From Ascidiella aspersa (Eukaryota): a DNA stretch of 64,000 bases. The notes under the pieces are model-generated. The model was given only the letters and a program-made list of their open reading frames with translations. It searched no databases and was not told the DNA's origin. The stretch lies in assembly GCA_963924565.1 (NCBI GenBank), contig OZ004607.1, positions 9,176,001-9,240,000 of the forward strand, in the 5' to 3' direction. Each line of letters starts with the position of its first letter. Within the stretch, counting starts at the first letter, position 1. A program made the translations under genes and the position numbers. Positions 38,723 to 49,710 of this stretch are shown piece after piece.

Positions 38723-41700
38723 ATGGAATATCGAACGAAGCTCGACTCTATTGAGGAGGTATCAAGCCAACCGTCACCCGTCCATCGATCAAAGGTTAGT
38801 ACAAAGGCAAACATTTATACAGTTTTTCTTGTTGCAATTATCTATGCAAAAACTGTTTTGTTTTGCAATTTATAAGAGTGTTTTCGCGTTTTTTAGGTTT
38901 CAAAGAAAGACATTGTAGCCGTTTGTAGGTTTTAAATAACAAGACAATTTTGCTATTGAGCTAAATTTCGCTATCGTGTTAAATTAAGGTCATATAGACG
39001 CTATATAAAGCGCACACCGACAAGACAAAATCTTAAAGTAACTTGCCCAATTTAAGCGTCTTTTTCGCAATGTTCAGATTCACATGACATTTTACTACAA
39101 AATAACCTCCAGTACCATAACTTGTAATCTAAAGTAGCACACGGCGGTAGTAGTTATTCGTTAATAACTTTGCCTTTGTGCAAATGGTGCAACAAACTAT
39201 GTTTCATGGGCAACAGGTTTTTCATTTATAGAAGATACAAATTTCACATCTTAACCATCCGACGACATCTAAGCTCTTACAGTTTATAATTAATTAACAC
39301 CCCTGACTTCCTGTCACTTTGTAACTTTGTGCAAAGTAATTTCACGCGAGTCACGTCACTTTTTGCCTAAATTCGGCGCCCGCCCGAAATGTTCTAACCG
39401 TAGTTTCAAAACTTGTGTCGCTTTTTCCAGAACGATCGCGACCGCCTCAGTCGCGCCTATGACGTCATAAACCAGCATTTGAAAGCGCGTAAAAGCGTGG
39501 CCAAGCACGCAAAGTGGAAGTTTCTCTTCATCACTGTCTTCCTGGTCACACTGCAGCTCCTACAGGTAACAGTGCTTTCGTGTAGGCCGGGGTCACCAAA
39601 CTACGGCCCGCGGGTCACATTAAGCCCGCCGGGTTAAATAAACTGGCCCGCGTCACGTTTGGTTAATGAAGATGAAGTACAGTTAAAATGTTATCGCATG
39701 CAATTCCAAACTAATTGTTGGTGGCTTGTTAACTGTACGACAACTTAGTAAGGCTCTTGACAGTTTTTATTGCATAGATATTTATATTTTTTTATTGCGA
39801 TAACCAAGTTAATAAAGTTCGACAACAATATTTATATCCGCGATCGTAAACTCATCAGCTATCCGGCCCGCCTTATGGTCAGGCCTTAGTTAGAGTCATC
39901 CGACTCTTTTAAAAAATGTTCTCTCAACCAATGGGTCGCGTTTATTTTATTTTGTCTATGTTGATAAACCTAATGGTATTTGTTACAATAGCGAAGGCTT
40001 CAAATGCCTTAATTAACGCCACAAAGAGTTCTCATAGTGAAAACCTACAAGATGTGACAAACCACCATTTTTTTGCATTTTTATTACAGCCTTTGACCGT
40101 CTCTGAGTTTATTACGGTTTTGATCCTCGTAACCAGATGTTTTTTCACGGAAGTTTATATTTTAACGGCTTCATACTGTTTGCTGAATAAAATGAAAAAA
40201 GTCAGAGAACAGGTGAGATGTGCACCGTTTTAATCGAGATCGTGCATTTCTCTATTCAGCTCATTCTTCTCCACACGATTCACGTCACAAACTTCCTTTT
40301 CTCGTCGCTTTTCACAGCCTTTGCGGCGCTCACCATTGTCGTGAAGCTGTTCGAAGAGTGTTGGCCGCTGCGGAAGAACTACACCAGGGCAAAGAAAAGT
40401 GAGTTGCGGGCAAGAGATGGAACGATTCATTTTGCTTCTACCTATATATCAGTATCGGTAAATTTTGGCCCATATTTCGGCCGATATTTTACTACAAAAC
40501 TATGATATAGTTAGACGTAATAAGAATATCAAAGCCCATACAAAGTAGGTATCATTTTGAACGTTTCGAATAACTCTTTATTCATTTTCATCAGTTATTC
40601 GAAAACGTTCAAAATGATACCTACTTCTGTATGGGCTTTGATATTCTTATTACGTCTTACTACAACCTCGAAACCATTATGCTCCTATGATATAGTTGTT
40701 TCTACAAAACAAACAAATTTTCTATTTTGACGTTTCCAGGGCCAAGAAAAGTAAGTTGTGGACTAGAGATAGACCGATATATCAGTTTGCCTATAATATC
40801 GGGCGATATTTCGCTTCTAACCATATATCGGTAAATTTTTTTGACTACGAAAATATGACCCGTTAATCACACGTTCGGTGCCAATGCACTGCTTCATAAG
40901 TTAATGAGCATTGCGATCGTCATTGGGTAAATCATTGTCTTTTTTATGAAAAAAAATTAGTGTTTAAATGGCCATGTTTTAATGTATACGCCTGTCATCA
41001 AATCAGCTGTTATTTTGCGCCAACAGCAAAACAGCAAAACATCAAAGCAACAGCAAAACATCAACAGTTTTTTCGGAAGCTTTACTTGGTTGGTCGTAGC
41101 AACACGGTTTTCACAACGTACATTTTGGCGAACGACGGCTGTGCCTTTTTGTGGATCGCCCGTTACGCTAATAAACTAGTGTCCGTTAGGAAGTCCAGTA
41201 CCACGCTAAAACTATACACAATAGCGCGTATACAAGTTGGGCTATATCTTTTATAAGTTTGAAATTTTGTACTGGTATTCTACTGAAACGTCATACGCCA
41301 AGTTGCTATTTACCAGTAGATAGGCATTCCAGGCATTATGAATTCGTTTTTGTCAAACTCGTTTAAATGCACATGGCAAACCAAGCGTTTGTGTTAAAAA
41401 CATAATAAAGTGTTGAGAAGTATATCCTTGGTTACCATCTGCCAAGAAAGAAAAAATAAGCACGGAATGGTAACCCTAAGTATAGCTAATTGCCTTACTA
41501 CTTTTGCGTAATTACATGTGCTAGTCATGTTATCATGGTTGTTTTTCACAAAGTTTTTTCTGGTGAAAATTGGTCGCATATTGCCGTCATATTCAACGGG
41601 AACTTCCACCATCAGCGAAGATAACCTTTAAAAGGCGCAGTGTCATGCAACTGGACTGCCCATTTGCGTCACATTGTAAAGCTCTCGATCCACGATAGAG

Positions 41701-43252
41701 CGATTATAAATCACAATGATGTGATATAGTGGCGTCTTCCGTCCGCCTAAATAGCACACAACCTGCCACAAAGCCAAACTGCACTAAGCGAAGCAAACAG
41801 ACTGTTTCACTGTGTATTGCTCACTCTATATGTATATGAGCCCTGCAGTACTAACATGGTGCAAATACAATGAAACTATATTGTTTTTTAAAGTTATTAC
41901 CTCCTGGACCGAAATAATAGGTTATGCGGACTGTATGCTGAGCAGATATCAACTCTGCGGTTTGAGTGTGTCGCGGGTTAAATAACTAATAGCACAGTTG
42001 TATAGTTGCATCTATAAGTATATAACACGTCGTCTTTCGTATTTTACTCTTTGTCTATGTAAGGTTGTTGGTTAATTACTTTTAACTATTTCCAAAGGTA
42101 AATTACGAATAAATAACTCATTTAAATTAACAAGGTAATTACTCTAAACTCATTGATCAATTACTAAGTCATACTATAACAAAGCTCTCCGCTACTTATT
42201 TATTTGGTATTTTTTTACAAATATAAGTACCGAAAAAGCTTCTTAGCTTCTTTAGTATACTATACCTGGTATTAACAGCATATTTATTAACTAAGCCATG
42301 GAATCCATATGTGCAGTTATCCAACTCTGCTGAAGTATTGCTGAGTGACGGCTACGAGATACTTATAATAATATATCGGATGTCCCATTGGCATAATTAT
42401 CAGTTGGCATAATCAGGATTGTAGTACAACCAAGACAAGGCTAGTAAATCCTAGCCTGCGGCGAGGTTCGAACTCGCGACCTTGTTCGAACTCGCGACCT
42501 TGTTCGACTCGACCAACATTCGATATATTTGGTCAGTTAATTCCTCCATTTTTAATTAACGGCGTATCTTTATGGAATCCAAACAAGTGGCAGCAGGTTT
42601 CTGTTTGTCGATTACTGTTCCGCTGATTTCAATTTTAGCGAACCTAAATGGTTAAAATAACTTATCCCTCTATAAACATACAAAAACGGATTAGGTAACC
42701 AACATTTACGCTTTGTCTGACCTAAGCACGTCTTTTTTTTCCTTTACATCTCGACTTGTGTTTATCGAATATCACGGAAGTTTGCCATGAACGCGCGGCG
42801 CTGATTTGCTTTAAAGCCATAGCTTTCTTTCTGACAGACTGTGACTGTTTTGTTCTTAACTCTTTACATTACCTATACTGCTTTCATATTATGTTTTTGA
42901 CACTTTAATTTTATTGTTACTTTGCTATGTATTAATATTTTACTTTACTTAAAGGAATTGGCGATATGCGAAATAATTATTCCTTTAAAAAATGTCCGAT
43001 ACTGGTTTCACTCGGGTTTTTAAACTTTGAGTTTCATTGTTGGGTTTCTTTAATTTTGTTTTATGAAATTTTTATTATTGCTATAACCAAACCTAATTCA
43101 TCAAGACTGTGTTCTTTATTGCGACAGAGATCGCCCCCTTGTGGCACGCCAAGCAACGCATCGAGTACTCTCACATGGCCGCCACTTGTGGCGCCCGAGT
43201 GTCTAACTCCGGCAAAATGGTTTCGGAGGTTTTGGCGATGGATGGAAGTTGA
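38723..43252 (+). CDS. Two-TM protein, SLATT/DUF4231-like family, paralogue A (divergent, ~156 aa)
   Basis: Exons 38723-38794 (MEYRTKLDSIEEVSSQPSPVHRSK), 39431-39565 (NDRDRLSRAYDVINQHLKARKSVAKHAKWKFLFITVFLVTLQLLQ), 40260-40398 (139 nt; LILLHTIHVTNFLFSSLFTAFAALTIVVKLFEECWPLRKNYTRAKK), 43128-43252 (KIAPLWHAKQRIEYSHMAATCGARVSNSGKMVSEVLAMDGS*). Intron positions/phases (0,0,1) and the 139-nt exon match paralogues B-D. The first exon is the least certain. Confidence 0.7.
40513..40684. repeat. Fold-back insertion: ~63-bp inverted arms, flanked by a 13-bp direct repeat
   Basis: Arms 40513-40575 and 40593-40657 are near-perfect reverse complements; ctatgatatagtt occurs at 40500-40512 and 40685-40697. 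Confidence 0.85.
42399..42510 (-). mobile_element. tRNA-derived SINE fragment (same family as 33112)
   Basis: Minus strand reads gtcgcgagttcgaacctcgccgcaggctag...tcctgattatgccaactgat; contains a local 19-bp duplication gttcgaactcgcgacctt. Confidence 0.5.
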
Positions 43253-44980
43253 GCTTCTTCACAAGTTTGCGAAAACATTTTGCCTAATAGTTGACAGAAA
43301 GATGAAGTTGCAAGTCAATAGCAGACTTTGTCTTTTTTGCAGCGACCCTGGTTTTAACTCAAAAGAAGGGAATTTATTTCATGCTTCCAGTATGCCTTTA
43401 ATGCAGTTTGTTTTTCGTTCATAATATTTGAAAATTTTGATTAAATAATTGTTTCCCATTTAGGCGTTTTTAAAGAGGTTCTTCGGTTCAGTCACCGTTC
43501 ATTTTTATCAAATGTTAACAGCGGACTTTTGAACGGATTAAGTACCATAGTAACCCACTGTCCATCAATAGTCACCATACTAGACTAGACCGTATAGGTC
43601 TGGTAAATATAACAAAGTATAGTGCCATTCCTTATGTTTGCTAAAATGGCATCCAAATGTGGATTTTCTTTTCAAGCTGAAACTGGTCGATTTTGTAGCG
43701 TTTTCCTTGCTTAATCCCCCCTTTTACACGGCTCATTTAGCCCTAGGATCGATTGAAGTTTAAAGGGTTGCCGGGCGAACATGTGTAGAAATAAATGTTT
43801 TTATTTGTTAGCGTTGTCTTTTGCCTAACATGGGAAACTTTTTGCTTTGTATGTTGCTTTTTTGCTTGTTCATTGATTCATTTAATACACGATCGCGCTA
43901 ACCAGGAAATGGGTGTTTTAAATAAGTCAGATTTTTCTAAAACACAGGACAACATGTTTTAAAACAGATTAGTCCGTTTTGAACCATGAACATAATTAAA
44001 ACCTTGTCGGCCAAGGTTTTTTTTTGCAAAGTGTCTCTTAGAATGAATGACCGTATAACCATCATGGCTATACACAAGCATTGTTCAGTATGTGACGTTT
44101 GGTAGAATGTTGTATTTTATAAACGTAGTTGGTTTGTTCATTAACAAAAAATTTTTGTTTCACAAAAATCAGAAAATCTTTACAACTTTCTTTTGAAACG
44201 GCTCTTTAAAATAACTTGGCTCTTTTTGTAAATGGTTTATTTTGTCTGAGAAAGGCGCATGCGCTCCTGTTTGCGAAACTATAACTGAAAATTTGACCTG
44301 CATTGATGACGTTCGTCGAATATGACGTAACAATGTGCATCGACTGACCAAAACACTGCACGATTTGCGTTCGGCGAGCGGTCGATAAACAGTTGCGATC
44401 TAACTGAGTTTATGCTTGCCGAAAGGACACGACATTGTCTTAGATGAATGAGAAATTCGCACGTTTTGGGTCCTATTATAATTACACACAACCAAAGGCT
44501 GACATTTGGTTTTATTTGCGCTGTGTCATTCAAATAATTTTATTTGAAAGTAGCAGCCAAACAAGTTGCTTATATGTTTTGGTAGCAGGATTGTAAAGGA
44601 CAGTTTTTCGTAACTATATCTACGAATCTTACTCTGAAGTTTAGTCCGTTGTAATGGACTTAACCTGAGCTACAAAATATGATCTTCAACTCCGGATAGT
44701 TTTAACTTTAAACAGTGGTCTAGCGAAAGCGAGATATCAAGATGAAGATAAAAAGCTCTAGCTATTTGCTTTAGGCACTGTTTACTCTATATATTTTAAT
44801 TTTGATATCCTAACATGTGATCAACTGATCAGGATTTACCAACTTAATCAAAGACGAGAGTTACTGAGTTCTCGCATTGTTGATATGTTAAATTTTGACA
44901 AGGCTTGCTTAAAAATACAATTAACTTGCTCACGTTGAGTAACCAACGAATAGTTAAGCTGCCATATTCTACTACGTTCT

Positions 44981-47900
44981 ATGTCAAGACTAGCCTTTTC
45001 GAGAAAGAGTAGGCTTAACCCAGCTTCTGAAGACGATTCTCACGAAGCTAGTCCACTGCTTTCGAGTCAGTCGCAACCCTCGCTGGCCCGAGACCTCGAC
45101 AGCATATTGGTGGCCGGCGACGCCGAAGATTCACTTTTTGCCGATATGGATCCGGGTAAGTCATCACTTTTTTTGTTTTTGTACTTCGGAACGTTTGCAA
45201 ATGGTAAAATGACAGTTTATTTGCTGTTTTTTTGCGGTATTGCAAATGTTTGCCTTTTTGATATTTTTACGGAAGCTATTGAAACGTAGAACGATTTCAA
45301 GTAATGATAGATGTTTTAAATTCAAAATGACATTTGTCTGATTTTATGTTGGTAGAGAATTTCCTTACAATAGTACAATGATGACTTTACGTATTTTTAA
45401 TTCATTCATCTATAACATTATACCCCAAATTTCTAGGCGGTAGATTTGTGTTACGAGTGATAAAATCACACTGTTAGTTTTTTCTATAGTGATTTAACGT
45501 GGTTAGGTTTTAAACTTGTCCGTTCCTCGCAGACATTAATATGGAGGAGGGTCGGGCTTCAGATGCCTCAATCAGAAGCATGAGCAGTATGAGTAGCAAA
45601 AGCAGTAGGAGCCGAAAAAGTAGAAGAAGTGGCGGGAGCAGCAGTAGCAGCTCCAGTGGAAGCCCCCTCTCCGAAGAATTAGAATACAACAGAAGTAGCA
45701 GCAGCAGCAGTAGTATGAGCGGCAGTAGCCTTTCCGAAGAAGAAGACAGCCGTAGCAGCATTTCAGATGGTAAGTTCTACTGTATGATTTGTTTAAAAGC
45801 TTGGTTGGCAAACTCTAGCAAGAGAGCCGCAAGTTTTACGCGTCTCTCTTGTATTTTCGCATTTACATTGAACGGTATATTTTACCAATTTGCCAAAGTG
45901 ATTGGTTGTGGCGCGCGTCTATTCACATGCTATTACTTTTCTGCAGAATCAATTTTAAAGCTTTAACACCGTTTCACCCCAAAACGCTCAATGAGTAACA
46001 TCACATTTTTTTCTAGTTTTCACTTGCGTTAAATTAAAACATTTGTGGTCTAATTATATTACCTTGGTTCGCTTAATCTAAATAATTTTTTTATAACGAG
46101 CGATACTCATTATTACTAAGTATTACTAAGTACTCGTAACGCGAAGCACGCCTAATATATATAACGTTTCGATACCACTTCATTTATGTTTAACTTTTGA
46201 TAAGGTTCAAATATTACCTACGTCTATATTGGCCTTGGTATTTCTACTACTAACAAAATATAATTTCTATAAAATTGCAGTACTTTCCCGTGATTTAAAG
46301 AAGGGGGGCATCCATCACGAGATGGACCTCGCTCATATCGAGCATCACGACGATCATCTGCACTCTCTGCCCATCGAGGGACAACTGAGCGCCAAGAAAG
46401 TGGTCATGATCAAGAAACCGCCCTTCATTGAACGCCATATGGAGGTTGGTTGCCCAGATCGTACAGTTGAAATGTTTTTTTTGACCGAAAGATGTTATTT
46501 GCTGGTAGTTAAATACACTTTTGAGTTAAGTTACGCTTTTAGACTTTTGAAAATCTTTGTAATTAAAATATCGTTTTTCATTTGGTGACAGACCTGTACG
46601 CCAAAATGTCACCTTTGAATTAAACAGCGCTTTAACAGTTAATAAACTTTATAGAATTTGACCAAATGCTCTCGTTACTGAAAACCGATCATAAAAATCT
46701 ACCTTTTTCAGAAAAGAAGAACACATAAAGTGTTTCTGCTATGATGCAATATTCGCATGTGCAAACGAGCATAAATTTGTTGAATCCCAACTACCGTGCA
46801 CTTGTTTTTTACAATAAGTTTAGTTTCACCTCGTTTTTTTTGTATTAAACTTAAGCCCACTGCTATAAATAGACTTGCATTAAAAATAGTGATTTGCGAT
46901 ACATGACATTTTATTCCGATTCCCAATGTTTTTAGCAAAAAGTCCCTCGAAATGAAATAACGTCATTTATACGCTCAACTGAGCAAAAAAGGGGAACTTG
47001 AAACATTTATTTAGTGTTAAGAAGTTTAAAATCATGCCGAAAATTCCTACCACAATTTAGTATCGGATCGGCACCGATACAACCCTACTACAATCAGCTA
47101 CGATCCGATATTATCTGACATCCCTAATTATAAACTAGAGATAGACCGATTTATAGGTTCATTGATAATATCGGTCAATATTTGGCTTCTACTGATATAT
47201 CGGTATTGGTAATTGTAGGCCGATACTTTGGCCGATATTTCATTGCAAAAATATGATAACATTTTTCCTGTACAACTAACGACTTACCGATTGTTTGATT
47301 AAAAATATTGGGTTTTAGCATTACGATAAGTTAATATGCAAAATGATGTTTTAATAATTAATAAAAGTTTATAAACGCAAACGTTATTGGGATTTTATTT
47401 TCAATTAATTCAGGTTTTGAACATTTCCCAGGTACATGAAAAATCAGTATCGGTATCCGGTATCGGTTGACTAAATAGTAAAAAATCGTGTATCGGTATC
47501 GGCCAAAAGAGTGATAACGGTCGATCTCTATTATAAACTCAATCCAGGTTGACCCTACGAGTGCTTGCAACGACCGAGTGTTACTTGAAGAGCTGCGCAA
47601 TCGCTTCCATCGATCCTACAGAAGGTGGAAGCGTACGGCCAAGTTCTTCGAGGCCGCCAACCTCCTCGTTACCGTCATGCTCGTTTGTTTCCAGGTCGCC
47701 CAGGTAAGAGATTCGAAAGAGGTTTGATTAACTTAGTGAGCGATTATTATTATTTTTTTAATTTTAGGGAAATAAAAATTTGCAAAAAAAAAACTTCGTA
47801 CTCGGATGTCCGTTGATTTATTGATATTATTTTTTTACTTATTTTGCTCATTTTTCTCTCTATTTACTATCGTCTATTTTCTTTGTTGTGAAAAGTTATA

Positions 47901-49350
47901 TATATATAACTCTTTTTTAAATAGTTTTCTTGTTGTGAGTTTTCCTTGTCTTTTTCTCTATATTTCTAATTTTCTTATCTATTCCTATTCTCTACCACTC
48001 CATTCTCTCTCATTACTATTTTTTACAATTGGTTGTTTTAAATTATAAGATGAGAATCCCCCAATTGATTTTTTATACGTCCAATTCGTCGCACGTCATA
48101 AAAAATTTGCACATAAGCACAAAAGTCCATCTGTTTTGTTTTCAGGTTTAACTGATTTAAATTTAATGGCCGTGCCAAGAGAGTCTCAACTTTTATTTTT
48201 TATGTTGATATGTTTTTCTAAACTCAGCTGAAAACTGCTTTCAAACGCAACATTTTTTTTTGAGCGAACCAAACTAAGCACTGAACTTAAAATATAATAA
48301 TCAATTTGGTTGTATCTAAAAAATAAATACTCCTATGAAAAGAATCATGAGATTTTAATTCATCGAAGTCCTACCTTGGAATAGTTTTTTAGTTAAAGTA
48401 TATTTATTTATAGGTTATTATATTTCAACTTCCCGAAATCAGTCCCAAGACGAAGCAGATTGTAGCGACGATCCTTTCGGCTATGACTGCTTCTATTCTC
48501 GCCCTTCAACTTAAGTTGGGCTGGGCCGACAAGGCTGCTAAGAGCGAGCGAAGTGAGTGTTTTAATGGGCTATTCGTACCTGTAGCGACCGTAGAAATAA
48601 CTGTTATTGATTTATTTTAAATGATTTTTTGCCATCCCTCAAGAAGCGTATTTGTATTTTAGAGAATATGATTAGGATTTTAACGTGCAAATATTTAAAA
48701 TGCCAAATCAGTTATACCCCACAAAGCACCTTAATTAATTAAAGTATTGTAGTGGTCCGAAATTACTAGTTGACCAACAAATATTTTTTCCTGCATAAGT
48801 CGGCGAACGTATAAAAAGCACTAAGGGGCGATCAACTGATCCGAAATTGTGCGCGGGTCAAAGTTTTACAAAAATAACGTTAAACTGACAAAAAATTATA
48901 TTCTAATTTTTTTCCAAAAAAACAAAAAAAAATTTAATAAAAACTCGCGTTTTAATCGAAAAATTGTTTTCACGATTATAATCAAGCATGCTTCTGTTTT
49001 TAAATTGTGATAGGCAGTCAAAATGCTGTGTGCCGACAATCATACAGCTAGATATTGGGACGATTCGCGTAATCGCAAACGCCTCACACGTTTTTTCGCA
49101 GAAATTTCCCATTTTTTGCCAAAAACCAACAAAACTGAATAAAACTAAAAGCGACAAGACGCTTGTTAGCCGGAAATTAACTTTCTGTCACGTTTCAGGC
49201 GCCCTACTTTGCGGCAAGCTTCTGCATCACGCCGAGTACCGCATCAGCGTGTTACAGGCAGGCGGGCATCTGCACGACGTCGTCAAGCTGTGGAATGTTT
49301 CTCTGCAAATCGAGACCAAGGATATCCCTCCTTTCCTCATACCCTACTGA
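44981..49350 (+). CDS. Two-TM protein, SLATT/DUF4231-like family, paralogue B (340 aa, long Ser-rich/His-rich N-terminal extension)
   Basis: Exons 44981-45155, 45533-45769, 46281-46444, 47548-47703 (156 nt), 48414-48552 (139 nt), 49199-49350 (152 nt) splice in frame (1023 nt). Core: KKPPFIERHME-VDPTSACNDRVLLEELRNRFHRSYRRWKRTAKFFEAANLLVTVMLVCFQVAQ-VIIFQLPEISPKTKQIVATILSAMTASILALQLKLGWADKAAKSERS-ALLCGKLLHHAEYRISVLQAGGHLHDVVKLWNVSLQIETKDIPPFLIPY*. Confidence 0.85.
47136..47530. mobile_element. hAT (Ac-like TAG..AT terminus) MITE
   Basis: TIR tagagatagaccg/cggtcgatctcta; perfect 8-bp TSD ttataaac; subterminal atcgg/ccgat repeats. A partial copy starts at ~40763. Confidence 0.88.
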
Positions 49351-49710
49351 TAACAAACAAGATCAAAATTGTTAGTTTGTTTCAAACTTGGTTCAATCAA
49401 GGTTTAAGAACGACTTTCGTACAAACTACTTTGGTTACTGAGGAAATTTTAACCAATATTTGCTACTTATTACCCCACTGATCCCGACCCGACGAACAAG
49501 ATCAAATTTGTCTTTTGTTTCAAACTGAATTTAAACTCGACTTTCGTTTAAGGTACCATACTGTGGTTACTGAGGAAAATTCTAAACAATATACGCTTCG
49601 TATTACCCTACTGATCCCGACAGCACATACAAGATCAAATTTTTTTGTTCAAACTTGGTTCAAGGTTTAAGCACGACTTTCTTACAAAGTACTTTGGTTA
49701 CTGAGGAAAG
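49340..49710 (+). repeat. ~130-bp tandem repeat x3 beginning in the last codons of paralogue B
   Basis: Units start taccc(t/c)actgat..acaagatcaaa..ttcaaact..cgactttc..tggttactgaggaaa at ~49340, ~49471 and ~49603. Confidence 0.8.

Noticed and set aside
39201-39214. X-box-like gtttcatgggcaac in paralogue A intron 1
   Set aside because: A single degenerate 14-mer cannot be distinguished from chance without conservation data.
45510-45811. Leu-rich and Cys/Tyr-rich minus-strand ORFs
   Set aside because: Antisense shadows of the AGC/AGT-rich poly-Ser exon of paralogue B.
47548-49350. Assignment of the 2TM family to IFITM/CD225, tetraspanin or claudin
   Set aside because: No CD225 C-C..G..A...S motif, only two hydrophobic segments, and a long conserved helix after TM2, which fits a SLATT-like layout better.
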